A stretch of 64,000 bases of DNA, from the NCBI GenBank assembly GCA_002811645.1, contig PDIP01000004.1, forward strand, positions 62,001-126,000, read 5' to 3'. Below, in pieces: positions 11,708 to 21,950 of this stretch. Numbering within the stretch: position 1 is the stretch's first letter; the number at the start of each line of letters is the position of its first letter. The translations under genes and the position numbers were made by a program. The notes under the pieces were generated by a model, which made no database searches, was not told where the DNA came from, and saw nothing but the letters and a program-made list of their open reading frames with translations. This stretch comes from Corallochytrium limacisporum Hawaii. Its lineage: Eukaryota; Protista; Pluriformea.

Positions 11708-12334
11708 TCAGAGGCTCTCTATCACGCTGATTGGCCGATTCTCCGCCTTCTTCACTACTTCCTTGGCCTGCACAATAATGTCGTCGGCGACTTCGTCCAC
11801 GGTCCTGGCAGCATCAATGCTTATCCACTCAGGCTTCTTGACCTGGTAGAAAACTTCGCGTACCTTCTTTTGAAATTCTTCTTTTTCGTACCGCTCCGCA
11901 CCATACTCTCCTCTCTTGCTCGCTTCTTCCATGCTGAGTTCCAGGAAGAAGACGGCGTCTGGGTTAGGCAGTCCGTAGTCACAGGATTTGCACCAGTCGA
12001 TAGGCAGGCCCTTGGCTGCGGTGTATGCAATTCCAGACCAGACATAGCGATCAACCACTACTGTGGTACCAGAGAGCAGCTTGGCCTTGATCTCACTGGC
12101 CGCCTCCCAGCGGTTTGCACTGAAGAGGAGATGGATACAGTGGTCATCAAGGTCCTTCCCCTGGGCGAGGTAGTCGTTAATAATCTTTCCCGTAGGTGTA
12201 GTCCGGTCAGGAAAACGTTTGCCCTCGGTCTTTGTTCCCGCTCTCTTCAAATTCTCAATTAGTCTTGCGACCTGAGAAGTCTTACCACTCCGGTCAAGAC
12301 CTTCCAAAACGATTAACGCTCCCCGGCGACTCAT
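11708..12334 (-). CDS. DTYMK: Thymidylate (dTMP) kinase; an alternative in-frame ATG lies at 12358
   Basis: RGALIVLEGLDRSGKT P-loop, RFPDRTT, HLLFSANRWE, VVDRY, RGEYGAERYE. Confidence 0.96.
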   Translation of the reverse strand: MSRRGALIVLEGLDRSGKTSQVARLIENLKRAGTKTEGKRFPDRTTPTGKIINDYLAQGKDLDDHCIHLLFSANRWEAASEIKAKLLSGTTVVVDRYVWSGIAYTAAKGLPIDWCKSCDYGLPNPDAVFFLELSMEEASKRGEYGAERYEKEEFQKKVREVFYQVKKPEWISIDAARTVDEVADDIIVQAKEVVKKAENRPISVIESL

Positions 12335-12507
12335 CGTGATTGCCTGCTCCCCGGGCATCTCTCGACAGTCCCTCAGCACTAGAAACTATTTCACAATAAA
12401 TGCCAGATCAGGGCTCAGCCCATCAATTGTCTCAACAAGTTCAGTTCAGGTGCCATTGGGCTCGGGAAAATAGCTGCGCCTGTACTCTTCTCTTGTCTCA
12501 GTTTTGT

Positions 12508-12515
12508 TTTCGCGC
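12508..12515 (+). promoter_or_regulatory. Candidate E2F site TTTCGCGC upstream of dTMP kinase
   Basis: Exact match to the TTTSSCGC consensus about 170 bp upstream of an S-phase nucleotide-synthesis gene. Confidence 0.4.
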
Positions 12516-12619
12516 CCGAATCCGGTGACATACTCCTCCACCGCTTTCCCTCCCCCCCACCCTCCCTTTGGTCTTCGAAATGCGCCGGTGGCTGAGATCA
12601 ATACTTTTCCGCCTGTTGG

Positions 12620-12642
12620 CCCCCCCCCCCCGGCGGGGGGGG
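12620..12642. promoter_or_regulatory. C12-GGC-G8 inverted homopolymer element in the divergent DTYMK/myotubularin promoter
   Basis: Read directly from the sequence; the same 18-mer core recurs at 62983-63000 in another divergent promoter. Confidence 0.45.
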
Positions 12643-13200
12643 ACGTTTTGGTCCGTTTCAAAGTACACCCCCGCCTCCCTTTAGAAACCTTTGCGCTTTT
12701 GCGGGCGTTAGGACGGGTATGCGTCGGATGGGGCTCCAAAGGCGGAAGGAAGAGTGTGTGTGCTCTAGAGACGGGTCTGGGAAGTCAGCAAAGGGAGGGT
12801 TTTTTCCGGGCCCGGAATCTATGACGCTACACTTTTTCTTGGCCCTTTTTTTACTTTTTCCTTTTCGTTGCAGCCTGGGCCGCTTGCGTGCTTTCCAGGG
12901 GGTCCCTCCCTATCTCCAGCCGGCTGAAAAGGGCAAGGTCCCGGGCAAACGACACGACTTTTCAAAGGCATTCCTCAAAATAGCCTTTGGACGGACGCCA
13001 GTCGTGCTGGTATAAAGGCTCCACACACCAGGAAAATGGGTGATCATTGACCAACTACATTGAGGAACAAAAGTGTCCCTGTATCCGGGAATTAGACACT
13101 TAATGAAAGAAACTTGTACACATATATTTGGACATGTAAGGGACTCTTGCAATGCATGGGTAAGATAGGGGATACAGGTCAAAGGAACACACACTGAAGA

Positions 13201-15318
13201 ATGTCTTCAGATTCCGAAAATGAGGAGCTTGAAATTGAATTTGAGCAGTCCCAGGATTTTGCTGAGGTCTGTGAAGTCTACGAGAACCAGAAATTCGTGT
13301 TCAGTACCAGTTCATTCTTCAAGGGCTGGCGGGCACTGGATCCAAATGAAGGTGAATGGTCCAGTAGCAATGGTGAGTTCCCGGACTATTCAGATGTATG
13401 TTTGAAAACAGATTATCAAGTTTCTCGAGAAACAATAGAGAAGGAATTCTTGGTAGACAGCGAGCGGGAAGGAGACGTTGAAGGCTGGGAGTATGCTCCA
13501 GACATAGCGTCCCCAAACTTTCGACCTCAAGGGGATCGGTACGATCACGTCCGCCGGAGATGTTGGGTACGTAAAAGCTGTGTGGCCGCAAGTAAGAAAT
13601 TAGTACCAGTCACACTTATGACGGATGAAGAAATCACCGCCAAAGTTCTTGGACAAATTCGAACCATAAGCAGGACGATATCCGGATCCATATACTTGAC
13701 CCAGTATCGGCTTGTCTTCGTAAAGGATGACGTAGATTACCTGGACGACGACGAAGAGCCACGAATAGTGTCTCATTTAGAGCGTCCCTGGGGGTTGGAG
13801 TTGCCACTATGTCTAATCGGGGATGTGACGGCCGTGGATGTCCTACCAACGGGAGAGCTGACATACTCGCTAGACATCCGCCTGCGGGATCTCCGGAAGT
13901 TTATGATCAATTTACATGAAAAGCATCAGAGTCGCCGAATTGTGCATAATCGATTGATGAAACACTGCTTTCCTCGATCACATCATGGAGGCTTGTATGC
14001 TTTGTCATATTGTCAGAGTCACGGGCTCTTCCTAGACGACTTATCACTGAATGATACGTCCGAGAGATCGTCTCGCCAAATCGACGGATGGAAGCTCTAC
14101 GATGCCCGTAAAGAGTATCAGAGACAGGGGATTGAAAAGCACGGGGATCGGTGGCGGGTTTCGAACATAAATGAGGATTATGCATTGTGCGACAGCTATC
14201 CGAATGTGCTGGTAGTCCCACGGGACATTCCAGATGATGAGATCCCTGTTGTTGCCGATTTTCGCTCGAAGCGCCGATTTGCTGTAGCGACATGGGTCCA
14301 CCCAGTGAACGGACGTGCCCTGATGCGCAGCTCTCAACCGATGACCGGAGTGCGCAGTGCGCGTTCTCTGAGCGATGAAAACTACATCGACCTGATCAAC
14401 GGCCAGGGCAAGTCCCCCACCGAAGAATCAGAGTCGGAGTCCACCACAGATGAGGATCAGGGCCCGAGTGGGATTTCGTCCAACGCCAAGATTGACTACC
14501 GCATGGCTATCCTGGATGCCCGTCCAAAAGTGAACGCCATATTCAATCAGGCCATCGGAGGAGGGTACGAAAATACGGCATTCTATGTCGCATGCAGCAT
14601 CGACTTCCTCAACATTGCGAACGTTCACTCCATCCGGGACTCATATCTGAGACTAGAGGCTGTTCTGTATCAAGATGATCTGGAATCGACATGGCTGTCT
14701 GACCTCGAAAGGTCAGGCTGGCTCCAGCATATTCGCAGTATTCTCCTTGGTGCTAACCAGGCCGTTGCGAGCTTAGAGGCTGACAAGAGCGTGCTGGTTC
14801 ATTGCTCGGATGGCTGGGACCGGAGTTCGCAAATCTGTGCGCTTGCACAGCTATTGATTGATCCGTACTTTAGGACTATTGAAGGATTTGCTGTTTTAAT
14901 CGAGAAGGACTGGCTGTCATTCGGCCATCAGTTCGAGCTGCGACTCGGCTATGGTGCGCGCGATTTCAACGGATCAGAGCGGTCTCCCATCTTTATTCAG
15001 TTCTTGGATTGCGTCTACCAGATCATGGCACAGTTTCCAGATGCCTTTGAGTTTACACCCCTGCTTCTGGATGTGATTGCTACGGAATCGTATGCATGTC
15101 GGTTTGGAACTTTCCTGTACAATAAGGAATCCACCCGGGTACGCGAACATGTCCGCCAGGAGACTGTGAGCCTGTGGACCTACGTCCTGAAGAATCGGTC
15201 TACCTTCCTCAATCCTGCTGCCCGAAAGGACGAGCATGTCCTGCAACCCGTCACACGGATGCCATACCTTCGCTTCTGGTGCGAATATTACGCCAAATGG
15301 CACACATCGATAGAGTAA
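13201..15318 (+). CDS. Myotubularin-family phosphoinositide 3-phosphatase (PH-GRAM plus PTP-like domain) with an N-terminal DysF-like domain
   Basis: Catalytic VHCSDGWDR at 14797-14823; GSIYLTQYRLVF (PH-GRAM), WRVSNINEDYALCDSYP, LLIDPYFRTIEGFAVLIEKDWLSFGHQF; N-terminal VYENQ...EGWEYA...VRRRCWVR. Confidence 0.95.
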   Translation: MSSDSENEELEIEFEQSQDFAEVCEVYENQKFVFSTSSFFKGWRALDPNEGEWSSSNGEFPDYSDVCLKTDYQVSRETIEKEFLVDSEREGDVEGWEYAPDIASPNFRPQGDRYDHVRRRCWVRKSCVAASKKLVPVTLMTDEEITAKVLGQIRTISRTISGSIYLTQYRLVFVKDDVDYLDDDEEPRIVSHLERPWGLELPLCLIGDVTAVDVLPTGELTYSLDIRLRDLRKFMINLHEKHQSRRIVHNRLMKHCFPRSHHGGLYALSYCQSHGLFLDDLSLNDTSERSSRQIDGWKLYDARKEYQRQGIEKHGDRWRVSNINEDYALCDSYPNVLVVPRDIPDDEIPVVADFRSKRRFAVATWVHPVNGRALMRSSQPMTGVRSARSLSDENYIDLINGQGKSPTEESESESTTDEDQGPSGISSNAKIDYRMAILDARPKVNAIFNQAIGGGYENTAFYVACSIDFLNIANVHSIRDSYLRLEAVLYQDDLESTWLSDLERSGWLQHIRSILLGANQAVASLEADKSVLVHCSDGWDRSSQICALAQLLIDPYFRTIEGFAVLIEKDWLSFGHQFELRLGYGARDFNGSERSPIFIQFLDCVYQIMAQFPDAFEFTPLLLDVIATESYACRFGTFLYNKESTRVREHVRQETVSLWTYVLKNRSTFLNPAARKDEHVLQPVTRMPYLRFWCEYYAKWHTSIE

Positions 15319-17110
15319 AGACGATAACGTCGGAGATTTTGATCTGCAGACACCCTTAGCTCGGTCAGGATTGCATTGGGTCCACTCGAATTCATCAGAG
15401 CACAGTGGCCCTTCCCCACACCGGCCTCTTGGTCACTTTCCTCCCATATATAGAGCTTTTTTGGTTTCGAGTAACATTTAATTCTTTAAAACGTAACATC
15501 CCGATGGGGAAGTTGAGTATCGTTCAGAAATCTACATCCGCTTCAATTTTAACGCATGTCAGAAAAAGAAATTTAAGAAAAGGTAAGGCACACCACGACT
15601 GGGTTTTTTTACATGTTTGGATGGTGCCATCTCTTGGTTGCCGTGCGGAAGGGGTGCTACCTGCTGTGATTTAATGTTGGGCTCAGTCGAATGTTTGCCG
15701 GGTGTCTGTGGGTGCTGTGGGCATGGCACATGGTGATCCACAGAGAACACTCCCATGGACGATGTGTATGGATGTCCATCGAATGTCTTCTGAGTCGGTA
15801 CGTCCCCGAAACCATTGCACCAGTACTGGATATGACCATACAATCCACCTATCAAAAGGCACTCCCGGGCCGCTCCCAAAATCATGAGACCGAAGGAAAA
15901 GGCTAATGTACGTGGGTATGAGCATCATCGTTCCAAGAGAAGACTTGTTGTGCAGTTTGTCTGCCACACGAATGCCCTAAAGGGGCCCTGGGGATTGAAG
16001 GATCAATGAATTGGGGACCGGTCGATGCCATGGCTTGGAAAACAGGGGTGACTTCAGTTCTGCTACCGTGGAACGCAAGGTTTGAACACCCCATGCTGAT
16101 CGATAGGTTCGCCCGCCTCTCTGGCTTCATGTACTTTACTTCTTGATTATCTCCAAGGATCCATGTCGAGCATCCCGCTTGGGAATCGTCCTCTCTGCTG
16201 TGTGTAGTGCGGATGATTATGTGTCCGCTGATGCCATGGCCAACCTTCCAAACAACAAACGGGTGAGCCGCTAAGGGCATGTACAGGCGCATCTGCTATA
16301 GTGGAACGAAGCAATAGACACCGATGAACTCACTATACCCACACTAGATGCTTTCAAGGGAAACCCCAGTAGTGTGCTCGCCGAACAAGATGTGCGGCGG
16401 GCCTGGAACTTTGAGAAACACATTAAACATCAAGGGCACCGCCCCAAAGATGCTCTTTCTACATGCTCGGTCGCTTGTGACAGGTCAGCGAGAGCTCTGA
16501 GCGCACAGGATGTTGAGTGAGAGAACACAGGGGTAAGCTAGCGGGCAAGAGCAAGTGCTCGAGGGCTGGGACCCACTTGGGCAGTCGAGGAATGCTCGGT
16601 CCCACCACCCCCAAACTCCTTGGAACAGCAGTAAGTACCCCAGCACAGTTGCGGCAGGACTTTTCTCTTTTTCTTTTTCTGCGAACTGTGTGCGCTATAA
16701 AAACTCTATAGATAGACCGGGCGAACGGAGAAAACCAAAAACAGAACGAAACGGCCCGCGCGGCAGGGACGGGACACACACACTGAAGGGGGAAATAACA
16801 AAGGGAAAAAAGATAATTTTGGGGAATTGAGGTTTTGTTTTAAGAGTTAAAGACAATAAACCAAAACAATGGGAACAACCCCTGAGCTCACCACGATAAG
16901 AAATTAGAAAGCGAATGACTATGGCTTTTTTTGAGCTCCCTGAAGCAAGGGGAAGCAAAAAGTGGAGGGGGGAGTGAGATGACGACGAAACCACGCACAG
17001 TGTGCTGAGAGTTTAAACAGGAAGCAGTTCGTAGATCAGGGTCAGCAAACAGCCCCTCGTCACAGGGAGAAGGGGGAAAAAAGGGAAAAAGAAACAACAG
17101 AAAAGGAAAG

Positions 17111-17112
<2 letters not shown>

Positions 17113-17162
<50 letters not shown>

Positions 17163-17192
17163 GAGAGAGAGGTGTAGTGTGTGTGTGTGTGT
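17113..17192. repeat. Compound microsatellite: (GA)n of about 29 units followed by (GT)8
   Basis: Read directly from the sequence. Confidence 0.95.
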
Positions 17193-19416
17193 AGAGATGG
17201 GCGCCAGCGTACTGGAAAATTCTGTGCAAGCCGGCAATCCATTGCTTGGGAGACGAATAGGAAGAGAGGGGGTTTCAATTTTTGGCAAAGATCGTAGGAG
17301 CTTTCCGGTCTTATCTGAAGGGGAGGAAGGTATAGGTCATTTTCGTACTTGATAAGTTAAGCGTATAAATCTATAGAATATTGAATAGTGAAACTGTAGG
17401 GTCGCCATATATATCTTTGTATCACAATACAGCAACAGTATACGGGCCGTTCGGTGCTTTCACAGTTGTGTCGACCTCGTCAAAGGTAGTGAAACCCAGC
17501 ACACAGCAACGGAACGTAGAGCAGGTGGGCCCATACTTAAAAATTTCCTACTCTGCCGGTTCATTTTTCTTGCAGTATAAACAATCTTAATGGGAGAAAG
17601 CGTGGAAAGAAAGGGAGCAGATCAAAGAAAAGGAGGGGAAAGTACGGAACAAAGGGTCCCAAACGTTTGATCTCCTGATGAAGAATGATGTTACATTCTT
17701 GATCGCGAATGGACTTCAATCTTTCCATAACTTTGTTATGTGATCGAATCAACGGAACATCGAAGGTTTTGGTGAGGTCAAAACTGCAACAGTAAAGCCG
17801 GGAAAGTTCGCACACGCTCCATGGAAATGACCTAAGATAGAGCAGACCGATCCCATAAGTACTGAATGAATGGCGAAATTTTGTCATAAGCGACAGAAGG
17901 GAAGAGGTTGTGGTGTTCCCTTCGAAATCGAGAAGAAGGCGACAGAATCTGACACATCATCGCGCCTGCACCTCGCATGCATGTCTTGATGCTGTATGGT
18001 TCCACATTACCAGAGATACACTGATGACACAAAACGGTCATCGTCCATACCGTAAGTGAGCTCAGCACGCATTTGAAGACAGTTTCTGGTCTTGATGTGT
18101 GTGTGTGTGTGTGTGCACCGTCCGAGGTTGTACGGTCCCAATGCCCAATACACGGATGCTTCACGTTTTGGTAGAGGTTCCTGCGAGTTCAGACGGTATG
18201 TACCCTGTCTTGGTCATTGCTGGTCGTGGTGAAACGGTGTCTGACATTTGTACTGGCCCGGCCAAGGACACAGCCAGGCCGGTGTATTACTCTTCTCTTT
18301 TCTTTGTACGTTCGTTTTTGGCACATTGGCCGAAGAAAACGCACGGGTGCAGTCGCAACAATAGGACGAGATAGGGTGAAAGAAAAAAAGAAAAACACAC
18401 CGACCGGTAGCTGCTGCAAGCACACAGAGAGAGTGGGGATATATGCGCCTCTGGGACCTAGTTTGATATTCCTCCACCTTCCCTGGGTTCCCTTTTTATA
18501 CAACACCCCTCCGTTATTAATACTCTAGCAGGTGGTACTTCGGGTCCGTGTCCTCCCCTCGCCCGTTTGGGTCGGAGTCTTGAAGGGGCCACAGTTTGGC
18601 GGAAAGGGCAGAGCGTGCCCACCTGACCGATCACTTTCGAGCTCGATTGGTGTTGCGTTTTCCCTTTTCATCACAACCGAGACGAAGACGGACCGGACAA
18701 AAGAGATCGCGAAATAAGAAATAAGGGAAAAAAAAAGAGAGAAAACGTTGGGTGGTGCGGTGCCGGTTTGGACCTACTTTTGTTGAAATAGGGCGACACG
18801 ATGTCCACAAGGGAGAGGGGGGGGGAGGGTTAGGTTAGAGTGTGTGTGCGTGTGTGTATGTATGGGGCCGTGGGTTTAGGTCTAAGTGAGGAGGTGAGAG
18901 GGGGAGGGGGGGGGAGGGGTTAGTGGTTAACATCGTCGAAGAAATAACCAAACTGAAAAATCACACATCAGCCAGAGAGTTCGTCGGGGCAGCGGGGTAG
19001 GTGGGAAGGGTCCCCGGACTTCGGTGGTTAGGCCAGAGTATAGCGAATGCATTGACCTTCCACCGATCGAAGTAGCAGATTGATGGAGGGGGAAAAGGGA
19101 GGGGGCTTGTCGCTCCCCTTGCGGCGTCTTTTTCTTACATACGGTACCTTGCTTTCGCGGCCAAATTGCACCGGTTCAATGACAGTGTGGCGACATTATC
19201 CTTGGCTTGCCTGATGCTGCTTCGGCAGGATATTGAATATCAAAGCTACGGTCAAGCAAAAGTTTTTAACATATTTTGCTGTGCGAGGCATTTATCGGGT
19301 ACTTGAGTTGATGGTGGAACCGGACCATCAGTGGAGGGGTTCTGGTTTCCTTACAGGATTACCTGAGTCATAGACAGGAAACCTGTGAGTGTAGAAAGCT
19401 TAGTTTGGTAGTCACC

Positions 19417-21579
19417 ATGGCGGCAGCTGTGCAGACTGCGACCACCAGCGCTTCGGCGGTCATTCAAGGCATCAATGCAGTCCGGGATGAAGCTCGCTCT
19501 GCGTATAGCTCTCTAGACCTGACTCGCGCTACCCGCGACGATATTAAGCGAGCTTTCAACACTTCTTTCGATCTCTATGAGAAGTTGTTTGAGATCATGG
19601 CCACAGACGACACCTTCTATATCCGTCCTGAGCCTCTGCGGCACCCCCTGATCTTCTACTATGGGCATACTGCTGTTTTCTATATCAACAAACTGGTTCT
19701 GACAAAGAACATTTACAGTCGCGTGAACCCTCGGCTGGAATCGCTTCTGGCTGTTGGTGTCGATGAAATGAGTTGGGACGACTTGAACGCTGCTCACTAT
19801 GATTGGCCCAGAGTTTCAGAGGTTCGAGAATACCGAAACCAAGTCCGCGCCGTGGTCAATGACTTCATCGACTCTCTGGCACCACCAAACGGCACCATCG
19901 ATTGGAGTAGCCCATACTGGATTGTGGCCATGGGAATCGACCACGAAAAGATCCATCTGGAGACCAGCAGTGTGCTCATGCGTCAGCTGCCCATATCTGA
20001 GGTCAAGTGTTGCGATGCATTCGTACCTTGCCGCAAGTCTCATGGACCCCCTCCAAAGAACGAGCTGCTGCCGATCCCGGGTGGCGGAGTCCGCCTCGGC
20101 AAACCTACCACTGGCGGCCAGCAATACTACGGCTGGGACAATGAATATGGTGAGCTTGTCGAAGACGTTGCTGAGTTCAAGGCTGGTAAGTTCTTGGTTT
20201 CCAACGGTGAGTACAAGGAATTCATTGACGATGACGGATACAATACTCGGAGGTACTGGACGGAAGAGGGATGGAACTGGAAGGTTTATATGAAGGCTGA
20301 GCATCCTCTGTGGTGGGTGAAACAGGGGAACAAGTGGTTATTGCGTGTTATTATGGAAGAGATTCCCATGCTTTGGGATCACCCAGTGGATGTGAACTAC
20401 CTGGAAGCCAAAGCCTTCTGCAATTGGAAGGCTGAGAAGACTGGACAAAACTATCGCCTGCCAACCGAGACCGAGTGGTACCGTCTCGCGGACGAGCATT
20501 ATTACAGCCAGAAGGTGCGTGCGAAGGCCAATATCAACCTTAGTCAGTATGCATCCTCTTCCCCGGTTTCGGAGAATAAGCACGGTGATCTCTACGATGT
20601 CATCGGCAATGTTTGGCAGCATACCGAGACTCCCACTTACCCTTTCCCCGGTTTCGATGTCCATCCTGCCTACGATGACTTCACTGTACCAACATTTGAC
20701 AACAAACACAACTTGATCAAGGGTGGGTCGTTCATTTCATGCGGCAATGAGGCGCTCCGGGATGCTCGGTACGCTTTTCGGCGCCATTTCTTCCAGCACG
20801 CTGGATTCCGCTATGTTGTTAGCGATGCCCCTGTGACAATCTCTGATGATCATCTGTACGAAACCGATGAGGCCATTAGCCAGATGCTGGATGCCACTTA
20901 TGGACCTGAGTACCTGGGCATTCCCAACTTCTCAGTTCGCCTCACTGATGAGATCATGCGGGTTGTGACTTCTCTCAACATCTCAACGGACCGCATTGCG
21001 GAGGTTGGGTGTGGCACTGGACGGACTTCCTTCGAACTGGCGCAGTTCTTTAAGGAGGTCACTGGATTGGACCTTAGTGCACGGTACATTCAGAATGCGG
21101 TAAAACTCCTGGACAATGGTCGGTTGCGGTACCAGATCCAGGACGAAGGAGACATCTACCAGTACAAGGAGATCAAGCTCACCAAGCCTTCGAATGCCAT
21201 TGAGTTCATGCAGGTCGACCCCTGCAACATGTTGGAGCATTACTCCAACTACGACGTAATTGTAGCTTGCAACCTGATTGACAGATTGTATGAACCACAG
21301 AAGTTTATTTCCATGGTTCACCAGCGCTTGAGGAATAACGGTCTCTTGGTTGTGGTCTCTGCACACGACTGGAAGGCGGAGACAACTCCGATGCAGAACT
21401 GGCTTGGTGCCCAGAAGATTGACGGAGAGAATTTGACGACCTGGGACTGCATCGCAGAGCACTTGGGTAAGACCTTCCAGCTCGTTGAAGAGCCCAAGGA
21501 GATCGAATACGTGAAGAAGATTCACCGTCGCAAGTTTGAGTTTTATTTCAACCAGATTAGCTTCTGGCAGCTCAAGTAA
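19417..21579 (+). CDS. ovoA: Ovothiol biosynthesis protein OvoA (5-histidylcysteine sulfoxide synthase with C-terminal SAM methyltransferase)
   Basis: RHPLIFYYGHTAVFYINKL, GVDEMSWDDL, Fe-binding HEKIHLE (HX3HXE), YGWDNEYG, FGE-sulfatase fold, YDDFTVPTFD, RYAFRRHFFQHAGFRYV; methyltransferase motif EVGCGTGR. Confidence 0.96.
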   Translation: MAAAVQTATTSASAVIQGINAVRDEARSAYSSLDLTRATRDDIKRAFNTSFDLYEKLFEIMATDDTFYIRPEPLRHPLIFYYGHTAVFYINKLVLTKNIYSRVNPRLESLLAVGVDEMSWDDLNAAHYDWPRVSEVREYRNQVRAVVNDFIDSLAPPNGTIDWSSPYWIVAMGIDHEKIHLETSSVLMRQLPISEVKCCDAFVPCRKSHGPPPKNELLPIPGGGVRLGKPTTGGQQYYGWDNEYGELVEDVAEFKAGKFLVSNGEYKEFIDDDGYNTRRYWTEEGWNWKVYMKAEHPLWWVKQGNKWLLRVIMEEIPMLWDHPVDVNYLEAKAFCNWKAEKTGQNYRLPTETEWYRLADEHYYSQKVRAKANINLSQYASSSPVSENKHGDLYDVIGNVWQHTETPTYPFPGFDVHPAYDDFTVPTFDNKHNLIKGGSFISCGNEALRDARYAFRRHFFQHAGFRYVVSDAPVTISDDHLYETDEAISQMLDATYGPEYLGIPNFSVRLTDEIMRVVTSLNISTDRIAEVGCGTGRTSFELAQFFKEVTGLDLSARYIQNAVKLLDNGRLRYQIQDEGDIYQYKEIKLTKPSNAIEFMQVDPCNMLEHYSNYDVIVACNLIDRLYEPQKFISMVHQRLRNNGLLVVVSAHDWKAETTPMQNWLGAQKIDGENLTTWDCIAEHLGKTFQLVEEPKEIEYVKKIHRRKFEFYFNQISFWQLK

Positions 21580-21950
21580 AGAAAAGCAAGCCTTGGTTAG
21601 AGAGCAACACCAGACACAGTCCTAGAGACACCGTCCAAAGTAACCCACTAAAATCTCTATCACAATATAGTTATACATAGCAGGATCAATAATGTATGAT
21701 GAAGGCTTGTTGGTGTAGAGAACCCTCGCGGCAGGAACCAGATGGCCTGTTTAGTAGCGGCGCAGTCTCTCCGTCGCTCCTGTTTTGTCTCCGAGAGGGA
21801 GGGGGGGGTACACACTCACGGAGCTGCGGTCGAGAGATCCGTACACACGCAGCCTTAGGTACGTAAGATCGCCAAGTGTGTGCACAGCTTCTACAGATCA
21901 GTCTGCAGTGTCATGACTGACATATAGTGTGTTTATCAATCACAGTAAGG

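Noticed and set aside
18826-18930. GGGTTAG-like words resembling telomeric repeats
   Set aside because: Scattered and imperfect, not a tandem array
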